Below, in pieces: positions 1 to 12,730 of a DNA stretch of 64,000 bases (position 1 is the first letter of the stretch; each line of letters starts with the position of its first letter). The DNA lies in assembly GCF_018977255.1 (NCBI RefSeq), contig NW_024704742.1, positions 57,600,001 to 57,664,000 of the forward strand, read 5' to 3'. A program made the translations under genes and the position numbers. The stretch is from Callorhinchus milii (lineage: Eukaryota). The notes beneath the pieces were generated by a model. That model did no database searches. It saw only the letters and a list, made by a program, of their open reading frames with translations, and was not told where the DNA came from.

Positions 1-207
1 GTTCCTCTGTGAGATTGACCCTGTTGGGCACAACACGGTTATAAGCTCTGGAAGCTCCCATGTACAATTAGGAAACATTTTCCTGCTCAATGTTCGCAGT
101 CATGCTTGCTCATTGCAAGTCAACCTTCTCAATAGTTGAAGGATTTGTACTTCATGCATTGACACCACAGAAATCTGGGAGTACATAACAACCTGGGCTG
201 GATTTTC

Positions 208-525
208 TTTTTTGGTCTGCCAGATGTCTGACACATACAGAAGCCTTTCACCATGTTTAAGATAATACCAAAACTACTGAGACTTCCACATTTGTACAGA
301 CATTTCCATTTTTCTGTAGCGAAGTTTGCCGCTGTGAGCACTGTCTACAAAGCTCCTGCCGCTTGACCCTACCCATTAAAGCTTTGATTTAGAGGGTTAA
401 CAAGAGCAAAGTAGGAAGAATTCCAGCTTTGAGTGACTGCTCTGCTCAACCAAGTCATGTCAACAAGCCAGACTGACTGGTCCAACATCAACAGTGCTTT
501 AAAAGTACTGTGGACCTGCCAGGTT
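208..525 (-). mobile_element. Family C copy, diverged and internally deleted
   Basis: 3' end TTTTTGGTCTGCCAGATGTCTGACACAT and the ACCCTACCCATTA block match the 7750-8260 copy. Confidence 0.7.
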
Positions 526-856
526 GGCTTATCCGCAGGACTTGGAGAAGGAGAACAATCACTGGGGGGCATGGCATCTGTAACATCCATCTGAACAGGA
601 AGTTTGGAACTTGGTATAAATCCTAATCCAAAATACAGCATTCACAACAACAGAGAGCACCCTCAGCATTGCTGTCATGCAGCTTGAATCCATAACCTTC
701 TGAATTAGAGACTGAGGCCTGGAAAACAGCATTGCTTTGTATCCAGTTGTTCCTCCATTATCTCTTTTAACTTTCCACACATAACACAAAAATACCTTGT
801 GATCCAATGCAAATATGGAGTTTAACTACAAAATATATATATTTTATGTATCTTGG

Positions 857-1280
857 GTGTCAGCTTAGCACAGTGATTCTCGCCTCTGATTCAGAAGGTT
901 GTGGGTTTAAGCCCCACATGAGGACTTGGTCTAAGTTGACACTCCAATGCAGTGCGGGGGGAGTGTTGCATTGTTGGAGGTGCCATCCTTCGGGTGAAAC
1001 ATTAAACCGAGGTCCCATTTGACTGTTCAGGTGAATGTTGAAAAACCCATGGCACTATTCGAAAAGAGAAGGGAGTTATCCCGGTTTTCCAGCCAACAAA
1101 CCCCCAAATAAAATTGGTTATTCACTCCATGTCTGTTTATGGGACATTACTATGCACAACTGGCTGCCATGTTTTGCCCACAAAATACACGGTCAATCCA
1201 CTTTACAGTATATCCTGTGAAGCACTTTGAAACGTCTCAACGATGTGATAAGGCGCTATATCAAATGCAAGGATTATTTT
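857..1280 (+). mobile_element. SacSINE1/AmnSINE-like DeuSINE
   Basis: CTCGCCTCTGATTCAGAAGGTTGTGGG head, TTAAACCGAGGTCCC...CCCATGGCACTATTCGAA central domain, L2-like tail. Confidence 0.8.
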
Positions 1281-2653
1281 ATGAAAATATACTGTAACAG
1301 GGGATTTACCAAAAATACCAACTCATCAGTTTGCGGAAAACTGTTGTGTGGAAATTTACTGCTGCATTTGCCTGCAAAATACAGAGTCACTGCACAGTAA
1401 ATCCTGTTAAGCACTTTGGGATGTCTGCTTGACGTGAAAGGTGCTTTATCAAATGTTAGGATTATTATCTTCCCCTCATCTGACTCCAATATAGATTGTA
1501 CTATGAAGTATTTGATGATCTTAGTCTATATTTGCTTCTAAACAGTAAAAGTGTTCCCAATTTAATATTTATGATAATAATAATGATCCTTGTATTTCAT
1601 ATAGCGCTTTATCATGTCATTGAGACATCTCAAAGTGCTTCACGGGATATACTGTATAGTGGATTGACTGTGTGTTTTGTGGGAGAAATTTATGGAGTTT
1701 TTTAGGATTTAATCAATAAAATACCTCAAAATGAATCAGTGATATACATCATTGCCTTTTGCTGAGAATTTTTGGACAATTCTCTAGTCCTGTTTGAGGC
1801 CAGATAATTCTGAGCTTGTTTCCAGATCTGTTTAGTCGAATATGTCTGCATCATCTTTGTTACTCGACCTCTTAAAAGATCTGAAGTGTGTACGCTGGCT
1901 CTGAATCTGCTTTGTTCACCTACAAAATACAGTAAATTGGGTGAAGATGAGATGAAAATCACCATGTGAAATGCAAGGATTATTATTATTGATAACAATA
2001 AAAAAATGTTCAGCTGTGCAAGTCTTTCCTTATTACTTAAAGAGACCTGGGTCTGGTTTGAATAATCTTTCTTGGGGTTCAATGTATTGATGATTTAAAG
2101 AAAGGATAACTGAAACTGGATGCAATATTTCAAATGCAATCACAATGTCAAATACCCTTGAGATCCATCTTGATGAGATTAAATGAGCCAAACTGCACAT
2201 CTCTTTTGGTATTTGATCAGCTTTGTGGAGAAGACCTTGAAACTTTTATTAATCAACAATCACACTCAAATCTTATTTTCCACTTCTTCATCATGACCAT
2301 GTTCCACTTTCCAGTATGCATTGCCTCATAATTTATCTAGATTAAAATCTAATTGCCATTCCTTAATCCTTCTGCTGAATTGGTGCAGATATCTTTGTGT
2401 GCTTTTATTCAGAGCATAACCAAGAAAAAAATCACACAAAATCACAAGAGATTCAGATTAAAAAGGTCCTTCCCCCATTTTATCTAATCCTTCGAGAACA
2501 CCCACCCTACCATCTTCCCATCACAGCAATCAAGCTGATTCTTAAATGAGTTCAGTGTCCTGGCATCAACCACACTTCCTCTTGACTTGTTCCAGATGTT
2601 AATTGCCATCTGGATAAAGAAATATTTCCTGGTGTCTGTCCTGAAATTATGTT

Positions 2654-2955
2654 ATAATAATAATAATAATCCTTGCATTTGATATAGCGCTTTTCACGTC
2701 TTCTAGACTTCTCAAAGCGCTTCACGGGATAGACTGTAAAGTGAATTGACAGTATTTTTGTGGGCGAAATGCGGCAGCCAATTGCACACAGCAGTGTCCT
2801 ACAAACAGTTGTGGATTGAAATGATCAATTTACTGCTTTTTTTCTTTAGGGATTATTATCAGGGGTGTGGAGTAAGGAAACTTGCCCAAGGTTTCACCCT
2901 GCCGGGAATTGAACCCAGGTCTCTCGCTTGCAAAGGACTGAGCTACAGGACTCCA
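2654..2955 (-). mobile_element. tRNA-Ala SINE, short subfamily
   Basis: Reverse-complement match to 42735-43060. Confidence 0.9.
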
Positions 2956-3224
2956 CAATAGTGACCAGAACTGTATGCATTATATAGCTTGAGTGGGATG
3001 TGTTCAATTCAATGTCATTTAGGGAGATTTCTACATAAAATGTCTATAAAAATTATTAGCAAAACCAACAAATGAGTTACCTAGCAGCACCTCCCAGACA
3101 GAATAACAACAACTTGCACTTATATAACGCCCTCCATGCAGGGTAGCATCTCAGAGCGATTAACAATGGTGGAGCCTGACTACAAGCCGGGGGAGGGAGG
3201 TGGCTGTGGTTCAAGGCCCATGTC

Positions 3225-4035
3225 CGGATTTTGAACAAATATAATCTAGGTTAACACTTCAATACAGTACTGGGCAGTACTGCAATGTTGGAGATGCTGT
3301 CCTTCAAATGAGATGTTAAGCCAAGTTCCTATCTGTCTGTTTAGGTAAAGATCCTGTGGCACTATTAGAAAAGAGAAAGGAGTTTCTCTTAGTGTCTTGG
3401 CCAACAATAATCCATATAAGATTGGCTATTTACCTCATAGCTCTTTGTGGGACTTTGCTGTATGCAATCTGGAATCTGCGTTTTCAAATACAGTCACTAC
3501 ACTTTACAATAAATGTTTTTATTTTGACAATGAGATAAGGTGCTATATATCAAATGCAAGGTTATTATTATTACTACTGGTATTTGTCAGTCCGACTCAG
3601 TTGGTAGCACTCTCACCTCTGAGTCAGAAGGATGTAAGTCCCAAACTCTACATTGGGACTTGGAACCAATGTAGTCTCTGCTGACACTCAAATGCAGTGC
3701 TGGGGATGTGCTACGTTATTTGAGATCCCATCTTTTAAATGAGATGTTAAACTAAGGTCCCGTATGCCTGTTTATGTGAATGTTAAAGATCCTATGGCAC
3801 TATTCGAATGGGAATGGAGTTTCTCCAGGTGTCCTGGCCAACAATCTCACAAATAAAATTGGTCACTTGCTCCATGGCTATTTGTGGGACATTGCCACGT
3901 GTGCACAGATTAGCTGTTCTGTTCGCCCACAAAATACGTAATGTCACATAATTTGCAGTATAATCATGTGACACGTTCAAGAGATCTCGACAACATGATA
4001 AGGTACTATATCACAAACAAGGATTATTATTATTA
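3225..4035 (+). mobile_element. Two tandem DeuSINE copies
   Basis: ~3225-3575 and 3586-4035, same domain order as 857-1280. Confidence 0.8.
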
Positions 4036-4744
4036 TTTGATGTAGCCTATAATGTCAAAGCATCGCATTTGTAGGCAAATCAAATCTGTTGCATTTTTTG
4101 CTTGGAAATAATGTGAGCAATTGTTTTTCACGAGATTAGCTTTAGCAGTGATAAATTCCACCAGATCATTTCTTTTATTTGTTGTCAGCAGCATTTCAAA
4201 TATTTTCAGTAATGGCTTGAATTTATGACAAGGGTCTATATAGTGTAACCAGCATTCAGCTTTCGTATCACTTTTACAGTGTGGTGTCAGACTCCTAAAG
4301 ACCGATACAAAGAGCACCTAGGTCTATAATTCTGGAGTATGTCTGTGGCAAGTGATATTTACCGAAATACAAGATTAAAAGATTTTCGGTGATCTCTGCT
4401 ACCCAAATAATGAGACTGCAGACTGGGCAATGTACCTGAAAATCAGACAACTTTGCTCCCGACTTTTGTTCGTAATTCAACTATCATTGGTTGGCTAGTA
4501 GATATAAACAAAATACTAAAGGTGCTTCAACCTGCATAAACATCTTAATATTATTACTAACTTACACAAGGATACTACTCACATATAGACTCTTACTTGG
4601 TCTGCTTGCCCCAACTTCGATCTGCACTGCAGCCAGATCTTGGCAGATTCAGAGCCAGGAAAACCAGATATTATACAAGTTGTTTCTTGAGGCACAGTTG
4701 CCTCCAGAGACAAACACATAATATAAAAAGCATATTACATGAAC

Positions 4745-5435
4745 TTTCTGTTCATGAATGCACCCTCCACCTCACTGAACCAGTCTGGAACCTTGGCATC
4801 TTGTTTGACCCTGAAGTATTCTTTCTCCCCCACATCCGTGCCATGAGCCGCTCTGCCTTCTCCCACCTCCGCAACATCGCCCGGCTCTGCCATCTGCCTC
4901 ACTCATCAGGCTGCCGAAACCCTCATACACGCTTTCATCACATCTAGGCTCAACTATGCCAATTTCCTCCTTGTCGGCCTCCCCAACTCTTCCCTCCAAA
5001 GGCTGCAGATCATCCAGAACTCTGCAGCTCGTGTCCTCTCCTGCACCAGCCACCGTGACCCCATCATCCTCATCCTCACCCGGCTCCACTCGCTCCCCAT
5101 CCCCCAGAGGATACAGTTCAGGATCCTGGTCCTCATCTTCAAGGCCTCCATGGTCTTGCTCTGCCCTACCTCTTTGACCTGCTAACGCCATATCAACCTG
5201 TACGCTCCCACTGCTCAACAGTCTTCTCCATGTCCCCCACCCTGCCCGCCCACCACCATCGGTGGTCGGGCCTTCAGCCTCTCTGCCCCAGCCTTTGGAA
5301 CTCCATCCACAGTCCCTTCGCCTTGCTCCCTCCCTTGCCTCCTTCAAGATGGTTCTCAAAACCCTCCTTATCGTCCTCGCCCTCGTCCACCAACCTACCC
5401 CTAACCTTCCGGTCCTCCCACCCTGATCCCAACCC
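4745..5435 (+). mobile_element. L2 ORF2 3' fragment
   Basis: NLGILFDP and HLRNIARL motifs, followed by the C-rich 3' region. Confidence 0.9.
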
Positions 5436-5439
5436 CCTA

Positions 5440-5875
5440 AGTGGGGTGGCATGGGGAAGAGAGAAGTGGGGGGGGAAGGGGGAAGTGGAAGCTGGATGGA
5501 GAGGAAGCCGGAGGGGGAGGGGGAAGCCAGGGGTGGGGGGGGGTGGCGGCGAGGGGGAAGTCGGGCGGGAGAGGGGAAAGCCAGGAGGGAGGGGGAAGCT
5601 GGGGTAAGGAGGGGGAGGGGGAAGCTGGGGTGGGAGGGGGAAGCCGGGGGGAGGGGGAAGCCGGGGGATGGGGAGGGGACAGTCGGGTGGAGGTAGAGGG
5701 GAGCCGGGTGGGAGAAGCCAGGGGGGGACGAGGAAGAAGCCGGGGGGGGGGGACGAGGAAGAAGCCGGGGGGGGGATGAGGGGGAAGTCGGGGGCAGGGG
5801 GAAGCGGGAAGCCGGGGGGAGGGGGAAGCCGGGGGGAGGGGGAAGCGCGGGGGAGGGTGTGGGGAGAGGGAACAT
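5440..5875 (+). repeat. G-rich minisatellite (GGGGAAGCCGGGGG-like units)
   Basis: Many degenerate GGGAAGCCGGG units. Adjoins a minus-strand L2 3' remnant at ~5875-5965. Confidence 0.85.
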
Positions 5876-6861
5876 GGCTGAAAGGATAAACTTAAAAGTG
5901 GGTTTTGGAGAGGGATGGGCAAGGCAGGGAAGGAGTTTCAAAGAATGGAGCCAGATGGTTGAAAGTATAGCATTTCTGTCAATTAAGCAACCATTAGGCA
6001 ACTATTTGACAAAAAAAATCATAGCAAGTTCTACTTTAAAATGTGACCTGTGCGTATCCCCTATAACATACACACAACAAGGGCCTCAGTCACAACAGTT
6101 CTAAACATTATTTCTTTGGCATAATCTATAGCTGCTTTACCTTAGCCCATGATCTTTATACAGGTTCAGCACATTCAATTGTTTCGCTTCTGTCCCCAAA
6201 CCCTTAAAGCTATAGACAGGAATGCAAATAGGAGCATTAACCAAGCAAGTTCAGACCCATTTCTTTTAAGTACAGTATTACTCCTTTAGAATCACAAAAA
6301 TATAAGAAAAATGCCCAAATTTCATGCAAGCAGAAATGATCACACCTACATTCAAAGCGATAGAATGCAGTGATCTCAGGTTTGACAAAGATTGTCTTTT
6401 ATATATTAGTGGCTCAAGAATGTTGAGCTTTACCGTTTCGAGTTTTAAATGTCGTAATCAAACACTGCATTAAAGTGAAGTGCATTGCACATGCTCACTG
6501 AACATATATATTGATTACAGATGCCACATTTTTACTCAATCTTAATGTGCTATAATATTCACTGAATTTACAAAACTGCTCCTGTAGCCTGGAATATGAT
6601 TTTTTGGTTAATTCAGCACATTTTGTTTTGCACCAATTAACCGCAGTTCTATTTTCAAATGTTCTAACAGGGAAAAGGAGACCCTGCAGTGACACACACA
6701 CACACACAGAAAATGCTGGAAGCAACAGCAAGCAGCGCTGGAAAAAAAAGCTCATTTTTATATTCACAATAAAAATGGTTCTGGTACCTGCGTGTTTATC
6801 TTCGCACTGCGCTGGATGCTTACATATTTCTGATAGCAGATGAAAAAGAGCTATAATCAAC

Positions 6862-6909
6862 TTCTATTTTTGTTTCAGATTTCCAGTATCTGCAGTATTT
6901 TGCGTTTTG
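6862..6909 (+). mobile_element. 48-bp Penelope terminal fragment with 10-bp TSD
   Basis: Matches ~62658-62700; TATAATCAAC at 6852-6861 and 6910-6919. Confidence 0.8.
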
Positions 6910-7055
6910 TATAATCAACACTTGCTCAGCTCAGGCCTTCAGCAGCAGCCGCCCCCCTCCCCCCCGGACCCCAGGGGCTGGCCAGCCACAAGCAGCTGTT
7001 AAACACATGACATCATCACTCAATTTTATCTGTTGTTGCAGATTAAACAATTCAC

Positions 7056-7080
7056 CTCTTCTCTCCTGCCCTTCCAGCAT
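7056..7080 (-). CDS. Candidate alternative STOX2 first coding exon (MLEGQERR-G)
   Basis: gagATG with an in-frame stop upstream, 8 codons + G, phase-1 donor GAG|GTGAAT. CCAAT motifs near 7306 and 7351. Repeat-poor island ~6000-7740. Confidence 0.35.
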
Positions 7081-7747
7081 CTCTTCTTTCCCTCTGAAAT
7101 CCTTGAGCAGCTCTCAATTGCAGCTCACGGTAAGCAGCTAATGCAACAGGGAAACAAGATCTCTCGTATCTTTGCCTTCCACAGCCGGCGTAATCCCCCA
7201 AAGAGTCCCAGGCATTTCTTGAATGCAGCTTTCCAATGCTGGAAGTCTGTCTCTGTGCTCCTTTCCCAGCATTCCCCGACTCACATACAGACAATAGAGG
7301 TGTGACCAATCGCACTGTGATCTTCTGGGCAAATGTTTGAAAACTCCTTTCCAATAATGGCCATTGACACGCCAGTGGGCGGCCTGCTGAACGTGTTGGC
7401 TTGGCAACGATGCCTGGCTGCTCCCTAACTTGAGTCTTGCCACTTTGTTCTGACATGCAGATTAGAAAATTAAAAATTAATGGCAGTTTTGCATAAAGGG
7501 TGGAAAAAAAACAGACAAGACTTAAATTCTGTTGCTCTCTCTTCCAGCATTTTCTAGACAAGCATGCAGACTGTCTGTCCCAGTTTAAGAATACTTGATA
7601 TTAATCATTAAAAAGACAGCTGTTGAGCAAGGCCAAATGGAGCTCCAGCATTATGTTAGTTCCTTTGATCAACAAATAATGCATGATTGCCACATGCATC
7701 TGCATTTTTCCAAACACAACTTTCACAGAAAATATATGTGATTCATT

Positions 7748-8385
7748 TTTTTTGGGGTCAGCTGGGTGTCTGACACATGGGAAAACCCATCACCGTGCTT
7801 AAAAGTATCCAAACCAAGCTGAGACTTCCATCCAAACCAAACTGAGAATTCACACCTACACATAGAAATTCCAGGGATAGATTGTTGGAATGGAATGTGC
7901 ACTCTCTCCCCGGAGGGATGCATCCTGCTTACCTAATTTCTGAAAGTATTAGGCACAGGTTGGCAAGAGCCAAAACTTGGAAACCCCAGAATGAGTGTTG
8001 CGGCACTGCTGGAGGCTAACTAGCTAAAACCGAATACCTTGCCATTGATAGCACTGTCTGGCAAGCTTTTCCCGCTGCTTGTCCAGCTAAGACCACCCTA
8101 CCCATTAGGCCTTTGGGTTGCAGGATTATCTGGAGCTGAGTGGGAAGCCTCACTGTCACCAGTGACTGGCTGCCCTCCCAAGTCCTGCCAATGAGCCAGG
8201 CTGGCTGTGTTGTCGTCAGCAATGCCCTGGAATACTGCGGACCCACCTGGATCCGGAACCGGTCTTAGAAGACCACCATAGAGGGCCGGCTCAATTCCAA
8301 CATTTTGTTGTCAAACATGTCACAGTGGAGCCAGTTCAGCTCCAAGGAGACCCCACTTACTACCCACCTTCTCCAAGGAGGATGT
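7748..8385 (-). mobile_element. Family C copy
   Basis: Colinear with 27057-27672; A-tail at 7747-7753. Confidence 0.85.
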
Positions 8386-9016
8386 GATTCAAGTGTGATA
8401 AAAATTGGTTTGGGGAATTATTACTGTTCCTTAATCATGTTCTCCTGCAATGCCAATATACAAACAGAAAAATAGCATTGGTTGAAATCTCTCCAGCGAA
8501 GAGCACTCATATGTGACATATCAGCATTTGCTAGAAATAGGAGGATTAGTCAGTGGTGAGGAGTTAGAGATAATGATGCTTACTCTGGGGATTCCCCCAA
8601 TCTCCATCTAGTGGGTGAAACTGGAGAGCATTGAGATAAGACATGATAGGAGTACAGGATTCGAGCAATCTCTTCTGAATTGCACTGTGTAGGGCAGAAG
8701 CAAACAATGGAAGAAACCAAAGGAGAGTCAGTTTGAGAAATGTGTATCCCCAAACTGCATTGAATCTCCATCTGGGCAACAATAATAATAACAACAACAA
8801 CAAAATTACATTTATAGAGCGCCTTTCAAGTCGGGAGGACGTCCCAAGGCGCCGGCATAATACTTGCATTTGATGTACCACATTATTAGGTCACCTAAAT
8901 ATCTCGAAGCACTTTACAGGATTTATCATAAATGGCATCCAATTTGTGTCCTATAGTAATAAAAAATTATAATCAGAATTCTTATCATGTAGTGTCTACA
9001 AACACTATGAAGTGAA

Positions 9017-10155
9017 TAACAACAACCAGATTTCATTTGTATAGCGCCTTTCACATCGGGAGGTCATCCCAAGGTGCTGGACAGAGTACAGCATTTCAGA
9101 CCTGAGCTGGGGTCAGGGGGGTTAGGGAGGGGAGGGGAAGGGGGATGGCCAATGGCATGGTCGAAGAGGAGGGTCTTCAGGCGGGACTTGAAGGAGGCTA
9201 AGGAGGGGGCGAGGCGGAGTGACTGGGGGGTGAAATTCCAGAGGTTGGGGGCAGAGTTGCTGAAGGCTCTCCCACCAATGGTGGGGTGGGTGGGTCGGGG
9301 GACGTGGAGCAGGCCAGAGACGGCTGTGTGGAGGGAACGGGCGGGCTGGTAGGGGGTTAGGAGGTCGCAGAGGTAGGGTGGGGCGAGGCCATGGAGGGCT
9401 TTGTATGTGAGGACCGGGATCTTGAACTGGATCCTCTAAAGGATAGGGGGCCAATGGAGTCGGGCGAGAGTGGGGAGATGGGGTCACGGAGTTTGGTGCT
9501 GCAGAGTTCTGGATTATCTGCAGCCTGTGGAGGGAGGAGTTGGGAAGGCCGACAAGCAGGGTATTTGCACAGACGAGCCTGGAGGTGATGAAGGCACGAA
9601 GAAGAGTTTCAGTGGCCTGAGGGGTGAGGTAGTGGCGGAGTCGGGCGATGTTACGGAGGTGAGGGAAAGCAGAGCGGGTCATGGCTTGGATGTGAGAGAG
9701 AAAAGACAGTTGAGGGTCGAACAGGATACCTAGGTTCCTGACTGGCTGATGAGTTGAAGTATGCAACCATGGAGGTTGATGTTGCCAGAGCCTGAGGTGC
9801 TGAGGCACTGGCGCGAGACAATCAGGAGGGCCTCAGTCTTGTTCACATTCAACTGTAGGAAATTTGCCCTCAGCTGCAGAGGTCCTGGAGTTGAGGGTGG
9901 AGGCAGAAGGATGGAGTTGGATGTCATCCGCATACAAACGGAAGTTGACCCCATATCTGTGGATGATGTCACCCAGGGGGAGCATGTAGATAGTAAAGAG
10001 GAGAGGGCCAAGGACAGAGCCCTGATGGATGCCAGATGTGACAGTGCGGGGGATGGAGGAGAAACCATTAGAGGCAACAAAGTGGAGACGGTGAGAAAGA
10101 TAGGAATCGAACCAGGCAAGGGCAGATCTGTGAACATTGAGTAAAGCAGAGAGGC
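9017..10155 (-). mobile_element. L2 RT 3' half with tail
   Basis: [28 protein letters not shown] and LQIIQNSAA motifs; L2 stem-loop tail at 9017-9080. Confidence 0.92.
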
Positions 10156-10169
10156 AGAATAACCAATTT

Positions 10170-10435
10170 TATTCGGAGAATTGTTGGCCAGAATATGGGG
10201 AGAAACTCCCTTCTCTTTTCAAATCGTGCCATGGGATCTTGTCCACCTGACCAGTCAAGAGGGGACCTTGGTTAAACATCTCTTCCAAAGAACAGCATCT
10301 CCGACCATGCAGCATTCCCCCAGCAGTGCACTGTGGTGCAAGCCTAGACTGTGAGCTCAAAATCCTGGGGTCGAGCTTGAATGCACCACCTTCTGACTCA
10401 GAGGTGAGAGTGCTAGTGACTGAGCCACAGTGGGC
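10170..10435 (-). mobile_element. DeuSINE 5' portion
   Basis: Reverse-complement match to head and central domain. Confidence 0.8.
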
Positions 10436-11010
10436 ACTTAATGCAGTTAACTGCAATCCAGTTGTGACATAGGAAACTCACAAAATATTGGTGCAGTCTC
10501 AATAGGTTGTTTGCCAAGCATTAGAGAAGCTCAGGGAAACCGAGAGAAAAGGAAAAACAGGAGGCAACGACAAATTGAGGCCAATAAGATCAGAAACAAA
10601 ACAAGAGCTTTCAGAACACAGAAGGTTCAGAAATAATAAGGTAAAACAGCGAGTGAGGAAATTTGCAGATCAGCACTGCAAAAAAGACAGAAAAAAATAT
10701 AGCAGCTAGAACAGCAGAAACTTCAATTAGACAAAAATAGAGAAAGAACAGGGTGACTTCAAGGAATCATAACTGAAACAGACATGCACACAACAAACTC
10801 AAGGTCAGCAGAACCCCTGGGAAGCAGAATGATGGCAATTTTTCAACTTGGAGGTGCAGAATTAAGCTACTTTGGAGAATTATGTGGAGTTAACTTGATG
10901 GGACCTTTTAATGCTGCCACAAATACTATTGTTATACAAAAGCACCAAATAGAACTTTTGTTTGCCTGGCATGGAATGCATGTGTACACTGATAGACAAA
11001 AAAAACTTGT

Positions 11011-11389
11011 AATAATAATAATTCTTGCATTTGATATAGCGCTTTATCACATCTTCTAAGCATTGCAAAGCGCTTCACAGAATATATTGTGAAGTGAATT
11101 GACCGTATATTTTGTGGGCAAAACATAGCAGCCAATTGCATACAGCAATGTCTCACAAACAGTTATGGATTGATTGACGAAGTTATTATTATATTTTATT
11201 TTTTTGAATGGATTATTATCCCTGGAAAAGCGATCCGCCAATCGACTAACAACCGGGATCCTACTTACTGCTAGGTAAACAGAGGTGTGTGGAGTAAGGA
11301 AATCTGCCAAACATTTCGCCCTGCTGGAATCAAATTCAAGTCTCTCGCTTGCGAGTTGAGTGCTTTAACCGTTGAGCTACAGGACTCCA
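11011..11389 (-). mobile_element. tRNA-Ala SINE, long subfamily
   Basis: Carries the extra ~60-bp block TCTGTTTACCTAGCAGTAAG...GGCGGATCGCTTTTC. Confidence 0.9.
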
Positions 11390-11589
11390 CTAATGTTCAA
11401 ATACTTTGTGGAATGCTGCAGTGTACTGACCTTACACTTGATTCATCTTTTGGGAGACAAGCAGAAACTTTCCTTACAATATTAGAGAGAATTGGGAATC
11501 TGCAAATGATGGCTTTACCAATTCACTTTAATACCCAGAAGAAATGTTGGCTCAGTAAAACCATGTTTAGCTGGAGAAAATCTGTAACT

Positions 11590-11960
11590 AACAAGAGGAA
11601 GCATGTAGATGAGGAAGTGGAATGCACCAAGGATAGAGCCCTGTCATACATATGCGCAAGGACGGGAGGAAAAAGCACTGGAGGAGATGAAGTGGAGACG
11701 ATGGGTCAGATAGAATTGGAACCAGTAGAAAATGATTTCTAGGAGGTGGATAATCGAAGAGAGGCGATTGAGGAGGAAGGCATGATCGAAAGCATCTAAA
11801 GCAGCAAAGAGGTCAAGGAGGACAGGGAGAATATGGGAGCATTGGCCATAGAGAGAGAATGTACATTGTTGGTGACTTTGACGTGAGTTGTCTCAGTACT
11901 GTGGGCAGGCTAGAAACCAGATGTGAGGGGCTTGAGCAGAGTGGAAGGAAAGTTGAGAGA
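11590..11960 (-). mobile_element. Degenerate L2 RT fragment
   Basis: Resembles the LLDLSAAFD and TETALVKV coding region of the 55-57 kb copy. Confidence 0.65.
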
Positions 11961-12309
11961 GTGAACTCTGGGGACATCCAGATGTAGTACAACGTAAGTG
12001 ATCATGAAAGTAAGATGAACAAATCTATATATAAAAAAATACATTTACGCAAACTACGTTTTGTACATATGTTTGGCACGATGAGATCAACAAAAAATAT
12101 TTAAAGCTTCAGCACCCCAGTTATAAAGATGTGACTGAATGTATTTGGACATTACTAAGGTTCTGGTATGTATCACAATTGATTCTCAGTTACAAAAACA
12201 TTACTGGAAGTGGCATAAGGTTTGCTGAATTCTACTGCATTTACATTGCAATGCCCAACAAGGAAGGGCAGAGATAGAATATCAGTGTTTGTGAAGACTC
12301 ATGACAAGG

Positions 12310-12730
12310 AGAAACAATATTTCCTTCAGTTGGGGAAACAGTGACAAGGAGGCAACATTTCTGAAATGAAGCCAAGATCATCGATTAGAAGCTCCTTGCG
12401 AGCAAAGAGAAAGCCATCAATTATACTTCAAACCATTAAATGTGAGGAAAGTTTACTATCAGATTATTTACAATATTTCTTTACCTAGAGGGTACCTAAT
12501 GGCTGGAACAGGATTCCAGGAAAGATGGTTGAGATCAGGAGATGCTGGAAATCATCGAAAAAATAGTTTGATGGTGTAATAGGGCAGTAGGATGGGTAGT
12601 CTAGAAAGATGAGCTAAAATGGTCTGAAGGTACTGGCTATTGAGGCTAGATCAATAGAATCATTCAAAAGGGAACTGGATAAGCAGCTGAGAAGTAAAAA
12701 CATTAAGGGATATGGGGGTGGGCAATCTGT
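12310..12730 (+). mobile_element. Degenerate CR1 3' fragments
   Basis: Remnants of TRG(H), WN.LP..VVE and SFKRELDK motifs. Similar remnants at ~2290-2650, 13260-13480, 28060-28300 and 43610-43750. Confidence 0.6.

Noticed and set aside
4772..6001. 409-aa Pro-rich ORF and overlapping Gly-rich ORFs
   Set aside because: Artefacts of the stop-free G/C minisatellite and L2 antisense sequence.
7052..7561. 169-aa minus-strand ORF
   Set aside because: Non-ATG start, no homology, different frame from the splice-compatible ATG.
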